DNA from: Octopus vulgaris
Taxonomy: Eukaryota
Assembly (NCBI GenBank): GCA_951406725.2
Contig: OX597819.1
Coordinates: forward strand, 45,446,001-45,510,000
Direction: 5' to 3'
DNA length: 64,000 bases
In this document: piece by piece, positions 10,777-24,527 of the stretch
Position numbering within the stretch: the stretch's first letter is position 1
Layout of the letters: the number at the start of each line of letters is the position of its first letter
Notes under the pieces: model-generated
Database searches by the model: none
What the model saw: the letters and a program-made list of their open reading frames with translations, nothing else
What the model was told of the DNA's origin: nothing
Position numbers and translations under genes: made by a program

Positions 10777-11190
10777 TACATTTATTCAGATTCTGTGTAC
10801 CTTGCGCTCAAATCTCGCCGTCCGGGTGGTCAGTAAGAAGTACCAACTCAGAAGGTGGATGGATAAGTACAACTGTAAAATGGCCGGAACGAATGTAGGT
10901 TTTTGCAGTGTTTGGTCCTGTTATTGATGTTCCAAGTTCAAACTCCACCAAAGCTTACTTCAGTGGAAGAATTAACCTATCACCTAGTTTAATAATAACA
11001 ATATCCGGCTCTGTCTGTGTCGTTAGCGGGGTTTCACTCTCTTGCTTAGATTGGTACCTAGTGTCCGGTTTTAAGCTCTTTCAGACATATCCTTCACCTC
11101 TTCCCATCACCCTCGGAAACCTGGTAAAGAGTCATGAGCATTTACTTTGTGACCAAGATGACACACACACACACATATATATGTATATGC

Positions 11191-11263
<73 letters not shown>

Positions 11264-11279
11264 TACATATATATAATAA

Positions 11280-11400
11280 GTATTATGTTTAACAAATAAG
11301 TCCTGGGTTCGATTTGTTCGAATAAATACTCCAAGGCGGTGCTCTAGCATGGTCGCAATCAAATGACTGAAACAAGTAGTAAAAAATTAAAGAATAAAAG
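11280..11400 (+). mobile_element. SINE C 3' fragment
   Basis: aataagtcctgggttcgatttg...aaggcggtgctctagcatggtcgc...tgactgaaacaag. Confidence 0.7.
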
Positions 11401-11420
11401 ATTATATGTATGTATGCCTG

Positions 11421-11545
<125 letters not shown>

Positions 11546-12371
11546 ACATGCGCATATATAAACGCGAGTGTGACATAAAACGTGTTCCTCTGTATATATG
11601 CTCATTAATCCCACACCATTCTCTTCCTGCATACGCATGTACGCATGCGTAAATGCGGAAATGTTGTGCTTGTTTGTGAGCGTGTGTTTATGAATGAGTT
11701 TCTGGGATTTCTGTGTACAAAATTGTGGACCTCCCCACCAAAAACAAACTAAATACTTTTGTCTTTGTAACTGTCCTCATACATCCACACAGACAAGCAG
11801 GCTTCCAAACAGACGTGTGTCTATGTGAGCGCATCAGTGAATGTCAGTGTGTTTGTATATGCGTGTATGCGGTGGGGTGTGACTTCGCAAGTGTGCGTGT
11901 AAATGTGTATATGCGCTAATGTGTGCTTATTATACTTAAGTGCATGTGTACGAAATAGGAGAAATTTTCAATTTTTGACAAAACGATCATTCGTGACATA
12001 ACACACACACACATGTGCATGCATATGTGTCCCCGTATGTATGCTTGTGTTGACTGCGCGTGTGTTAGTGCGTGCGAACGTGCGCACGTACTTGCTTGCA
12101 TTCATGCATATAACAGTCTTCGCACGATGAATTTAAAGTAGTTTCTGTTGAAATGGACAAAATTTTGTCTGTTAGTTGGCTGGTTTGTCGGTTGGTGAGT
12201 TGACTGATGAGTGGATGGGTAGGGGAGGGGGTTGGCGAGATTGCTGGTTGATGAAGTGGTTTGTCTGTCAACCGGTTGGTTATTTGGTTTCTTGGTGCAG
12301 AAGCTGGTTTGTTTGTTCTTGTATGAGATGTTGAAGATAAATTCAATCCTTAAGCAATCAAACCGGCCATA

Positions 12372-12988
12372 CGTGATCCTATCAATAAGTATCCGGACTG
12401 TTGCTATAGTAACGAAGCTAAAGCACGGAGAGTAAAGCCACTAGGCACAGATTGATCAGGAACATTGTTGTGCATGCGCACAAAGTTTTAACGTTCTCTC
12501 TCACTTCCGCTGTTTACAGCAGTGCTTGGAAGGAAGGTATGTAACGTGTGATCGTCGCATTGACAATGACAGAGAAATTCGAGATGAGAATCTGCATCAA
12601 ATTTTGCCAAAAGCTTGGCGATACCTGCTGAGAGGACTACGCAAAGTTTACAAAAAGTTTTCATCGTACTCGACACAACCAAGGAGATTTTGTGCAACTG
12701 AAATCCGGGTGTCCTTTTGATCAGCTGAAACCAGTTTGGGCACAAACTTGGCTAAGACGCGTCTCATACCCAATTCTTCACTGATAATAGAATAAACCGA
12801 ACCGTAACTAATCTGCACATCTTCTGATAATTCACGAATGGTGATTCGACGATTTCCCCTCACAGCTACACGCACATCTGCGATGTTTTTCTCAGTTCTG
12901 TTGGTCGCGTATCTCCCAGAACGTTCGTCAATATCGACATTTTCTCGGCCATCTTGGAGACGTCGGAACCACCCGTACCCTTGTGTGC
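12372..12988. mobile_element. Rearranged mariner fragment: 5' TIR and N-terminus on +, continuation inverted on -
   Basis: TA|cgtgatcctatcaataagtatccggac; ATG at 12566 gives MTEKFEMRICIKFCQKLG. On minus: NRRITIRELSEDVQISYGSVYSIISEELGMRRVLAKFVPKL (HTH plus WVP-like motif). Confidence 0.8.
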
Positions 12989-12989
12989 C

Positions 12990-13185
12990 CCGGCAGACAA
13001 AATGGAAACGAAACTGCCCCGGAGGATGGTGAGGGAGAAGCGCTGAAACAGCCTCTCTGACTCACGGGACTCATATTTGAAGACAGCCATCTCCATACCG
13101 ATAGCGGTCAGCAGGGATATAGTCTGGGGGCCAAGAGTTCCGGAGATCTCCACTGCTACAGGCTCGACCATAAACCTATAATGAG
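12990..13185 (-). mobile_element. C-terminal fragment of a CRE-like RLE non-LTR retrotransposon
   Basis: EPVAVEISGTLGPQTISLLTAIG...RESERLFQRFSLTILRGSFVSIL matches the P.AVET.G..G...L..IG...RE...L.QRLS..I.RGN...IL pattern of CRE-clade C-termini. Confidence 0.65.
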
Positions 13186-13339
13186 AACATTTAACACTCA
13201 CACACACACACACACACACACACACGTAAGTTCTGTTTGTTTTCCTTAATTTAGAATACATTTTGACTGACCACTATCTTGGTAGCAAGAATGTGAAGGA
13301 AAGTATCTTGTTTTGCTCATCATCCTTTAAAACTTAAGT

Positions 13340-13730
13340 TCTTGCAGATGACTTATCCCAGATATCTTTATCATTTGTAGTGCATGAATTAAGGATTTGC
13401 GTTCTCTCCCTTAGAACACAAACTCAGCCATGTCCAGCTCAGACTGTTGCTTCAGTAAAATTAGGTATGAAGCTGAATGTATTTGAGTACTGGGTTTGCA
13501 AACTCCTTATCAATAGCCCATAGATGTCCTCGTTCTCTTGTATTTACCTAGCAATATTGGTGTCCTGGAGAACAACTGATTTCTACAACAGGACAAATCT
13601 TTTTCTTGTGGTCCCACTCAACAATATCTGGTTGGTTGTGTTGTAACTTGGTAAATGTTTCAATTCTAAATTTCACTAGAGCTCTTTTGCCCTATCGGTT
13701 TCAATATAGTCAACTTCATCGTTAGGCGCA
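13340..13730 (-). mobile_element. Decayed R4/Dong-type RLE domain
   Basis: Frameshifted minus-strand translation NQPDIVEWDHKKKICPVVEISC...DTNI...ENEDIYGLLIRSLQ (PD-(D/E) endonuclease pattern). Confidence 0.6.
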
Positions 13731-14088
13731 CTCTTTTTTTTTACCCTGACATTGTCCTCATGAGAGAATAATATCTGGAGGACATTCTCTCGCAATTGGC
13801 AATAATGTGGTACATGTATGTATGTATGTATGTATGTTTGTGAGTGTGTGTGTCTGTGTACATCAAAAACACATGCACACACACTCACGCAGACACATTT
13901 AATAACTTTCCAAAAGAATTTTGATAGACTCTAGTTCCTACAGGCGGGTAACATGTCAACTGACAAAAGAAAAAAAAAGACAAAAAGAAAATTGACAACT
14001 TGAATTGTCATCAAATTCAAACATGTTATCGAACTGTAAAAAGACCATCGTATACAATACAATTTCAAGGATCTCAGAAAAAAGACCT

Positions 14089-14207
14089 TTTCTTTCTTTG
14101 TTTCTTTGTTTCTTTCCTTCTTTGTTTCTTTCTTTGTTTCTTTGTTTCTTTCCTTCTTTGTTTCTTTCTTTGTTTCTTTGTTTCTTTCCTTCTTTGTTTC
14201 TTTCTTT
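14089..14207. repeat. Three copies of a 36-bp T-rich minisatellite
   Basis: Unit tttctttctttgtttctttgtttctttccttctttg. Confidence 0.9.
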
Positions 14208-14590
14208 TCTCCTCCTATCCTGTCTTTTCTATTTTTTACGTCATTCTTTTCTTGGTTTTTCTCTTCTAACCAAATCTCAAAAAATTCACCACACGCTTAT
14301 GTACCAATAATACATACATACATACATGCATACATACATACACGTATATATACACACATAGATTCAAAATAAAGAACATTCTCTCTCCATTTCAACTCCG
14401 GAGTTTTCCAGCTAACATATATATAAAAGGTATAAATTTTCTGTAAAAGTATCCCTCCTGAGGAATCTCCGAAACGAGATGAAAGCTCTGAGTAAATTAT
14501 CATCTAAAATTCTGACTATCTCTTTTCTCTTAAGATACATACATTCATTCATATTTACATACATACGTATATAGATACATACATGCATGC

Positions 14591-14647
<57 letters not shown>

Positions 14648-14655
14648 CATATGTA

Positions 14656-14688
<33 letters not shown>

Positions 14689-14691
14689 TCA

Positions 14692-14734
<43 letters not shown>

Positions 14735-14845
14735 TCTTGCAGATACACACACATACCAACACAGGTACATACGTAAATGCATATAATCGTTGAAAAAGAT
14801 TGAGAATCGCTATTTAAAGTAAAGTATTCAATAAAATAGAACAGA

Positions 14846-15253
14846 GGCGTATGAGTGGCTGTGTGGTAAGTAGCTTGTTTAACAACCATATGGTTGCGGG
14901 TTCAGTCCCACTGTGTGGCACCTTGGACAAGTGTCTTCTACTATAGCCTCGGGCCGACCAAAGCCTTCTGAATAGATTTGGTAGACGGAAACTAAAAGTA
15001 GCCCGTCGTATATATATATGTGTGTCTGTGTATATGTTTGTGTGTAAGTGTTTGTTCCCCAACATCGCTTGACAACTGATGCTGGTGTGTTTACATCACC
15101 GTAACTTAGTGGCTCGGTAAAAGAGTCCGACAGAATAAGAACTAGGCTTACAAAGAATAAGTCCTATGGTCGATTTGCTCGACTAAAGGCGGTGCTCCAG
15201 CATGGCCACAGTCAAATGACTGAAACAATAAAAGAGTAAAAGAGTAAAAGAGA
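14846..15253 (+). mobile_element. SINE C, full length
   Basis: ggcgtatgagtggctgtgtggtaagtagc...tgactgaaacaataaaagagtaaaagag. Confidence 0.9.
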
Positions 15254-15673
15254 GAGAGAGAGGAGATTTCTGCTCATTCAAAACAAGTGCACCTGTGAAA
15301 CCAGTGGCGTTCCTTTCGAATTTCGCTATCATTATAGTGAGCACTCTGATAATTTTGAAACACAAGAGAGACACAATAGACCTTGAAAGTGCTTCCATTA
15401 GAAAACCACACATACACAGGCAAAGACGTCGCGAGGGCGCGAATCCACACTTATAGAGACACAGCTTGACTTTATGTGCCATCATCTACGTGTACATACG
15501 TAAATGTAGATGTACATATACATTAAAATTCATGTGTGTATTTCTGTTCGTGTGTGTGTGTATATATGTGTATCTATGTCTGTGTGTTTATTCGTGGCTT
15601 GTCTAAATTTGTGCCTATGTGTTTGTGCAAGGTGTTTCTCTATGAATATATATATGAGCATATACATATACAT

Positions 15674-15722
<49 letters not shown>

Positions 15723-16741
15723 TATATATATACATACACACACATATATATATACACGCACACACACACACACATACGCACACACACGCACATATATATA
15801 TATATATATATATATGAAGCATGCTCAACTTAATATTTTTTCTGCATATCTGTATATATATATATGCTTTGTGTATAAATGTTTGTGTGTATTTGTGTGT
15901 TTTTCTACAAGATGCAGTACTGTGCCACCATATTCTGAACCATGTTTGTGTATACATACATATATACATGCATATATATGTGTGTGTTTGCGTGAGCTTG
16001 TGCGTGAATATGTGTATGGGAGATTATGTGTGTGTGTGTGTGTACGTTGTTGTGTAAGTGTGTTTAATTGTAAATGCATGGTAGCACTGTGTATGTGCGT
16101 ATTTGTTCCTATGACAGAATATATTACCGTCTGCGTCAAAAGAAGTAGGGGTAAGACGAATTACAGAGACGCATTGACGAAAAATGACATTGAGGCAGAA
16201 AGATAATTATACAATACGCTTATATATGTGTGTGAGCTTGCTTGTTTACAGAGGTGTGTGTGTGTATGTTCGTGAGCGAGCGCATTTGCGTGTATTGGAA
16301 ACCGCCTTTAAAACGACGTTTAAACTGGAATACATGCGTTTGTTTTGCAGAGAGACAGGGAAAGAAAAGTGAAGAATGGCGAAAGTGATGATACGATGAG
16401 AGAAATATAATGAAAATAATACATATACATATAAAATAGAATAAGTTAAAATAAAATGTTAAGAAATAAAAAAATATATTATATGGGAAAAAAAAATAGC
16501 AAAATATTCCCGCAGATATTTAAAAAATTATATTATGTAAAATGAATATAGCAATAATAACAGAAATGATATTTGTAACAAAAAGATAAATATAAATTAT
16601 TAAAATCACAAATAAATAAATAAATATAATTGTAATAAATAAATTATAAGAAAATAAATAATTATAATTATAATTATAGCAAATATATAACTATGATAAC
16701 AAAATAAACGGAAACAATATATGTACGTGTATATGTGTGTC

Positions 16742-16816
<75 letters not shown>

Positions 16817-17289
16817 CAATGGACGCCAGTGAAATTGAATGAAGAGCCATGGATGTCAAAATAGTCACTCGCGAGAGATAGTGTGTGTGTGTGTGATTTT
16901 ATGTGTGTGTGATTTTATGTGTGTGTGTAGATGAATGGTGTGAAGAAGGATGAGAGTGTCTTTTTTGGAATAAGAAAGGAAGGTCGTAGTAAGAAAGGGA
17001 GGAGCAAGGGAATGAAACAGGGAAACAGAAACGGAGAGGGAATTAGAAAGAGGCACTGATCAGAAGTCAGACACTACAATGAGAGAATCGAAAGGAGAAA
17101 TGAAATGAAATAGAGAAGTAAAGGTTTGTGTATGCATGTGTGTGTATGTGTGCGAATGTGAGTTTGTGTCCGTGTGTGTCTGTGTGTTTGTGTATGTGAG
17201 CGTGTGTGTGTGTGTGTTTGTGTGTGTGTGCGCGCGCGCGCACGTGTGTGTGTGTGCGTGTTTGTGTGTGTATATGTGTGTGTGTAATG

Positions 17290-17383
17290 AGAAAAAGATG
17301 GCGAAAAAAGGTAGGACAAAAATAAAGTGTAGCAAGAAATAAATAGTAAATACTCAAGAGAGAAGAAATTGAAGAATTGGAGC

Positions 17384-17415
<32 letters not shown>

Positions 17416-18620
17416 AGGAGAACGACAGGCAGACAGACAGACAGAAAGAGAGACTGAAAGAGAAAGAGAAACAGCAGGGTTCGAGAGAGGTGATGTGAGA
17501 CAGGGAGGAGCAGAGTGTGATGAAACAATAGAAAGATTAGACACGAAAATCAAGCAAGATTAGAGAAAGGGGGAAAGTGAGAGAGAGGGAAGGGGTGGGA
17601 GAGAAGGAAAAAGGGAGAGAGAGAGTGTGTTTGTTTGGGATAGGGCGAAAGAGGGAGATAGACCGATAGGAAAACTGTCTGATAGACAGGTTGAGAGAAA
17701 GTTAGAAAAATGAAAGAAAGAAAGAAGAAAAAAGGAAAGAAAAAGGAAAGGAAAAATAAAAGTACATTGGACACGGGAATATAAGTATATAGCTGGATCG
17801 ATTGATCGATCGATTGGTCGATCGATCAATCAGCATATAGATATATCGATAGGTAGACAGACAGACAGACATACAGATAGACAGTTACAGAGAGAGAGAG
17901 AAAGACAGACAGACAGAGAAAGAGAGAGAAAGAAAGAGAGAGTAGCAGACAGAGACGGCAGAAGAGACAGAGGGAGAGAGTGAGAAAGAGAAGGGAAGAA
18001 GGAGAGAGAGAGAGTGAGAGAGAAAGAGAGATTAATATGAGATCAAGAGGGGCAAAGAGAAAGGAATGCAAATGTTTTCAAAATGGAATGAGAAACATTA
18101 GAGTAACTGCCGAGAGAGAAAGAGAGAGAAGGAAAGAGAAGAGGAGAAAGTATGTGTGTGTGGGGGGGATGGGATATGAGAAGAGATGTGAGATACAAGA
18201 ATCGTAGTGTAGAAGGGAAGAATAAAGGTAAGGGAGTGGTGAGAGAGAGAGAAGGAGGATTAGGAGGAGGATAGGTGACATACTAGTAAAGCGCCAAAAT
18301 GAGCAAGAGGCTAAAATGAGAAAGAGTGAGAAAATATAAGGAACGACGTAATAGAAAGGACAGAAATAAAGAAAGGAAGTCAAGTGAAAGGAAAAGCAAA
18401 TGCATAATAAAGAGGAAGCACGGGAGAAAGAGAGAGAGGCGCGAGAGAGGCAGATGGAGAGAGGCGATTGTGAGTGAGAGAGTAGGGTGAGTACGATGTA
18501 AGATATAACAAAGAAGTAAAGAAATGAAATGAAGGGGAGGAAGGGAAAAAGAAAATATTATAAGGAAAACACAAGAAGAATAGATGTAGATACGACTGAG
18601 GGTTTCTAGTAGCGGAGTGA
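17290..18620. repeat. Purine-rich (GA/GAAA) low-complexity tract
   Basis: Strong A+G skew on +. Confidence 0.9.
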
Positions 18621-18884
18621 AATATATGTGGTGATAGTTGTTGTTGAGCAGATCTATAATCAAAAAATACTCCAGCCATGACTTTTCCGCCATTTTATAT
18701 ATCCGCTATTTTATATATCCGCCATTTTATATACCATTTATGCTTCCATTTTATAATATATACGTAAATACATACACACACACACATAAACGCTCACATA
18801 CACCCATATTTATGTATGTATTTAAACATACACACGGACAGATAAATGGAAAAAAGAACAAGACAGACGAACAAGACATACAGA

Positions 18885-18897
18885 AACACAGACAGAC

Positions 18898-18993
<96 letters not shown>

Positions 18994-19081
18994 TGATAGA
19001 TTGATATAGATATATATATAGATATATAGATAGATAGATAGATATAGATATATATATAGATATATAGATAGATAGATAGTT

Positions 19082-19151
<70 letters not shown>

Positions 19152-19177
19152 CAGATAGATAGATCGATAGATAGATA
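18885..19177. repeat. (GATA)n microsatellite
   Basis: Directly visible. Confidence 0.95.
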
Positions 19178-21654
19178 AGCTGAAGTTAAATTTCCGGTTT
19201 TTCTGTCTGTGTGACAATGTTCCTATTGAAGAAATTCTCTATCCTACACAATTAGATAGGCGCGGCTCATTGGAGTGCAACTTCAGGTAAATGCTTGTAT
19301 TTCCGGATCCTCTCTCACTTGCTAAGTTGTTTTGTTTTTGTCTAAGTCACTGTCATTCCTGTCTTAAATCACAAGCATTTGTGATAATCTGTGTTCTATC
19401 CTAGTGATATTAAATAATTTCAGGTGCTTTCCAGCGAAGCAGTAGTGTATTTCCAGCCTTGAAACCCTTATGAAACCTGACAACGCAGCTGATGAAGAGT
19501 ATTGCCATGTGTTTTGTTATTCTTTTTGTTAAATATTGTCCACGTTATCCCCACCAACATGCATATGAAGAAGGGTGAAGTGATTGACTGATGTGAGGAA
19601 TGGTTATAGTTGAGAGAATAATGCTCTAAGATATTTAAGAAGCTTAATGTCGAGAGGTACATAATAGAATATAGAGACTTACTGATAAGAGATAATGAAT
19701 GAAAGCATGATGAAAGGGTGAGGGATAAGGCAGCAACATATTAGGGACAGTGTTCATATGTTTCTATCGAAAATGGCGCGTGTTCTGCGTGTGACAATTC
19801 AAGAATTGATTGCTCGACTTGCAATTTGGAATGATTTCAGTTCAGGAATAGAAATGAACCCAGTGACATTCCTTTTTAATGTTGACACTAAAATATCTAT
19901 CTTATAAAGGTGGAACTTGAAGTAGATAAAGCCAAATAATATCCTGCAGGATATTTGATAGAAAAAAAGTCGAAGGCTACCTATATGACTCAAATCTACA
20001 TCCTTTGTGAGCATGGCAGATGTGGTGAACTTATCGATAAAAGCAACATACATTTCTCGCTAGTAAGATAAGCACTTCTGATCTGGACAGAAGAAATTCG
20101 AAGTGTTGCGTTGGTATAATGGTAGCTCATGTTCACGGAAGATGTGAGTTGGAATCTTATAAACAGCACTCGACTTCTTCTCATTCAAGGGATATTTTTG
20201 ACTCAATATAATATTCTACATGCTATTATATATAACTTATTTTTGTTCGAGTTCCACTGTTAAAAGCAATCTATTTCGTGTTTCTCGATGTTTAAAAATT
20301 CTTATGGTTTATCCTGTTTGGAGACTACATTGCCAAAATGAAATAAAAAAAATAATAAGTGGTATATTCATGATATTTCTGATAATTTCAATTCCCTTAA
20401 AATTTTGGAAGTAAAATGAGGTGAGCTCTCTCGATACATGAACCTTGATACTGACGTTTAGAATCATCGATAGCATAAAGAAAGTATTGTTAACTTGCTT
20501 CAGGGGTGTTTTTTTTTAACCTAAATGTATTTGCTTCTGCGAAATTAGCCGGAGGTAATAGTAAGATCATGCGTTGATAATCGGCATACGACACGCAAAG
20601 AAGTATGTTACGTACGTTCTCGTATGAATGATGTGCTGAGGGAAATTCTGCTGCTATTTCTGATTTTTAGTCTGATTTTAAAATTTATTTGCAGGGTCTA
20701 GAAAAATATTCGTACCAATAGAATTGACAGGTTCTCTGACATTGATTGATATCTTATGATAATTGTGCTTTTGACTCCGTTACTTAACCCGTCCGTAACG
20801 CTTCCACGTGATTAGTTGAAGGGAGCGAGGAATGAAAACGGGAGGGGATGGGAGAAGGAGGGGAGGGAGAGGTTGTGGTGAGCGAACTGTGTAAGTTTTA
20901 AACCAAGTTCTTTCTCCGTTACTTAGCCCGTCTGTAACTCTTTAACGTAATTAGTTGAAGGGAAAGGCAAGGGGCCAAAGAAAAAGGAGGGAGAGTGATG
21001 TGTATTAAGTCTATAAAATTGTGCATAAATTATATAATGTGTATATGTAAAGTGCATTAAGTAATCATCGTGTTCCAATTTCCTTCATTTTTCATTGATT
21101 AGCAGATGAGCAACTATCTTTCCACACAGACACAGCACAAGTAAGGCTTTCAGGTTTTTTGGTTAAGGTTTTCAGAAATAACCCAATAAGTTTACCATTT
21201 TTCCGTGAAATATTCATGGGTATCGACCATTGCAAGTGGACACTTGTTGACTAGTTATAAACAGAGGCGAAATTTCAGAGATCCGACGTTCTGAGGTGAA
21301 GGACTGGAAGCAGTGGTTGTTGCAGGTCCTATGCGGCGGACATAATCGTAATGATAAGTGAGACACAAGTGAGTCTGGAGTAACTAAGTGGATGATGTAA
21401 ATGACCAGCCAATTCTGAGGAACGGAAACCTATAGTGTAGCTTCCCCGTATGCAGTAGGTGTGGTTACAAGTCTACAGTTGTTTTTATGGGCATTTCTCT
21501 ACTATCTGTACATTATTATTTACCTTTGGTCCATACCTGAAATTAATATATGAGATAGCGTTCTTGTTGTTAATGTTATAATTTGGTTCTCAGAAGTTTT
21601 AAATGTGTATATATGACTGGCGATATTCGAACTTGCAACACTCTGAGATAGAGT

Positions 21655-21745
21655 GTGTATGTGTGTGTGTGATGTGTATGTGTGTGTGTGATGTGTATGT
21701 GTGTGTGTGATGTGTATGTGTGTGTGTGATGTGTATGTGTGTGTA
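21655..21745. repeat. 19-bp minisatellite, ~4.5 copies
   Basis: Unit gtgtatgtgtgtgtgtgat; gat recurs at 21671, 21690, 21709 and 21728. Confidence 0.9.
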
Positions 21746-22523
21746 TATACATCCATCCATACATATGTCCATCCATCTGCACACACATACGCACACACAC
21801 ACATACACACACATATGCACACACACATACATATATGTTTGTGCTTAATGAAATTGAAGTATGAGAAATAGCTTGAGAGTCTAGTGGCATGTATTAGAGC
21901 AACAAAGAGATAAGAATATGTTAAATAACACTCTAAATGAAAATTCTTGATTTATTGCAATTATCTCTGATTCCAAATGAGAAGAAAAGATAATGGCAAG
22001 AAACTGGACTTCTTCAAAACTCACATGCCATTAAAGAAAAGACATTGCATTTTGTTAGTGGAGTCGTCTACATTGTAATTGAAGTAGGAAAAAAGAAAAC
22101 TCGATCCCTGGGTGGCAGAGAATCATACACGTCTGAGAGAACGAAAACCTCCGCGTAATCGGTTCCTATTGCGTATATGATATTTCAGCTTTAATATATC
22201 GTCATCATTCTTTCACGCCTTTTAAATCTTTATAATGTAGACATATTGAAACACTGCTTGAAGGATTGGTCAATCAAATCAAATCCTGTCCTTAGGTATG
22301 GTCGAGTGGTCGGTGACTAAACCGGCTCCATTCTTTGAGTAGCTTGCTACTCTTGCTGTGTGAGTGTGTGGGGGGGGGGGGGGGCAGGGCATCAAGTAGG
22401 ACGAACAGCAAGACTTAACGTAGGACGGATGAGCTTTTTGCGGACCAACGGCAGGCATGACCCTTATGAGAGAACCAGGTAAAAGGAAACTGTGTAGAAG
22501 CCCATTGTTATATATATATATAT

Positions 22524-22918
22524 ACTTTTTTACTCTTCTATTTGGTTCAGTCATTTGACTGTGGCTATGCTGGAGCACCGCCTTTAGTCGAGCAAATCGA
22601 CTCAGGAGCTTATTCTTTGTAAGCCTAGTACTTATTGTATCGGTCTTTTTTGGCCCAACCGCTAAGTTACGGGGACGTAAACAAACCAGCATCGGTTGTC
22701 AAGCGATGTTAAGGGGACAAACACAGATACACAAATACACACACACACATATACATATACGACGAGCTTTGTTCTGGTTTCCTTCTACCAAATCCACTCA
22801 CAAGTCTTTGGTTGGCTCCAGGCTATAGTAGAAGACACTTGCCCAAGGTGCCACGCAGTGGGACTGAACCCGGGACCATGTGGTTAGTCAGCAATCTACT
22901 TACCACACAGCCACTCCT
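22524..22918 (-). mobile_element. SINE C, full length
   Basis: Reverse complement of the 14846-15253 family. Confidence 0.9.
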
Positions 22919-23553
22919 ATATACATATATATATATATTATGTGTGTATCTGTGTGTATTTGTGTGTGTGTGTATATCTACGCGTGTGTGTGTGTGTATG
23001 TGTGTGTGTGTGTGTAATTTTGCTTTATCTCTTCCTCATCACCAATCAACAAACTATCCCAATATCTCTGTCAAGAAAGCACTATGAAGAAGTCAGAACG
23101 AAGTAACGCTCTGGTTTAATCCGATGAGAAAATTCGCGCTTGATCGGGATGACTTTCCAATAATGTTATCGATGCGCTGAAAAGCCTACGCTACATGAAG
23201 GTGACTTATAAAACGCTTACTGTTTATTTTTTTCAATCGGATCCCACCTGGTCGAACTGTTATATTACCTGATGTAATGAAATCATCACTGTTTCAAGAT
23301 TGAGAGACAAATACTAACATAAAAATCCATACATACATTCACATATACAGACAACAGCATTTAGCATAGTTTCCGTACAAGAAATTCTCCTACGAGTCAT
23401 TGGTCGGCACCGGGTGATAGTAAAAGACAAATGGTTCTACGCCAATGAGTTTATGTCTACCGCTGACTTCATATCTACCTGAAGCAATTATCGAAAATAT
23501 CGTTCATGTTTCCAGGTCTCAGACTCATGGAAATGGAGGTTAAAGGTTTGTTA

Positions 23554-24029
<476 letters not shown>

Positions 24030-24427
24030 ACGCAGCTGTGTGCTAAGAGGCTTGTTTCACAATCACATGGTTCCAGGTTCAGTCCCACTGCATGGAATGT
24101 TGAACAAGTATCTTCAATTATATCCCCGAGCCGACCAAATCTTTGTGAGTGAATTTGGTAGATAGAAGCTGAAAGAAGCCCGTATTATATATATGTACAT
24201 ATAGGTATATATCTATGTGTGTGTATCTGTTCTTGTCCTCCTGCCAATGCTTTACAACCGATGGTGATGTGTTTATGTCCCGGTAACTTGGCGGTTCGGT
24301 AAAGGAGACCGAAAGAATAAGTACTAAGTTTACAAAGGACAAGTGTTCGACTAAAACGCTTTAAGGTGGTGCTCCAGTATGGCTACAGTCAAATGATTGA
24401 ACCAAAGAAGTAAAAGAATAAAAGAAT
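24030..24427 (+). mobile_element. SINE C, diverged
   Basis: ggttcagtcccactgc...gaataagtactaag...gtgctccagtatggc. Confidence 0.8.
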
Positions 24428-24527
24428 ATATAAATATAAATATTCTTTTATGTACGTAAAAGGTGAGCGTGTGTGTGCGCGCGCACGCGTGTATCTGAGC
24501 TTGTGCGCTGGCATAGATGTGAGCATT

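Noticed and set aside
11085-11123. Possible 39-nt + strand exon (TYPSPLPITLGNL)
   Set aside because: Modest splice sites with a competing upstream AG; no supporting exons.
14458-14475. Hammerhead-like CTGAGGA...CGAAAC
   Set aside because: No cleavage triplet or helix I partner downstream.
17800-17831. 14-bp-arm hairpin gattgatcgatcga-ttgg-tcgatcgatcaatc
   Set aside because: It is built from self-complementary (GATC)n inside a GATA/GACA tract and is likely incidental.
19200-20420. Unique region with an intron-like segment (19286-19423) and a 44-aa ORF from 19774, perhaps a decayed transposase
   Set aside because: Splicing gives early stops and no diagnostic motif could be read; it needs a translated search.
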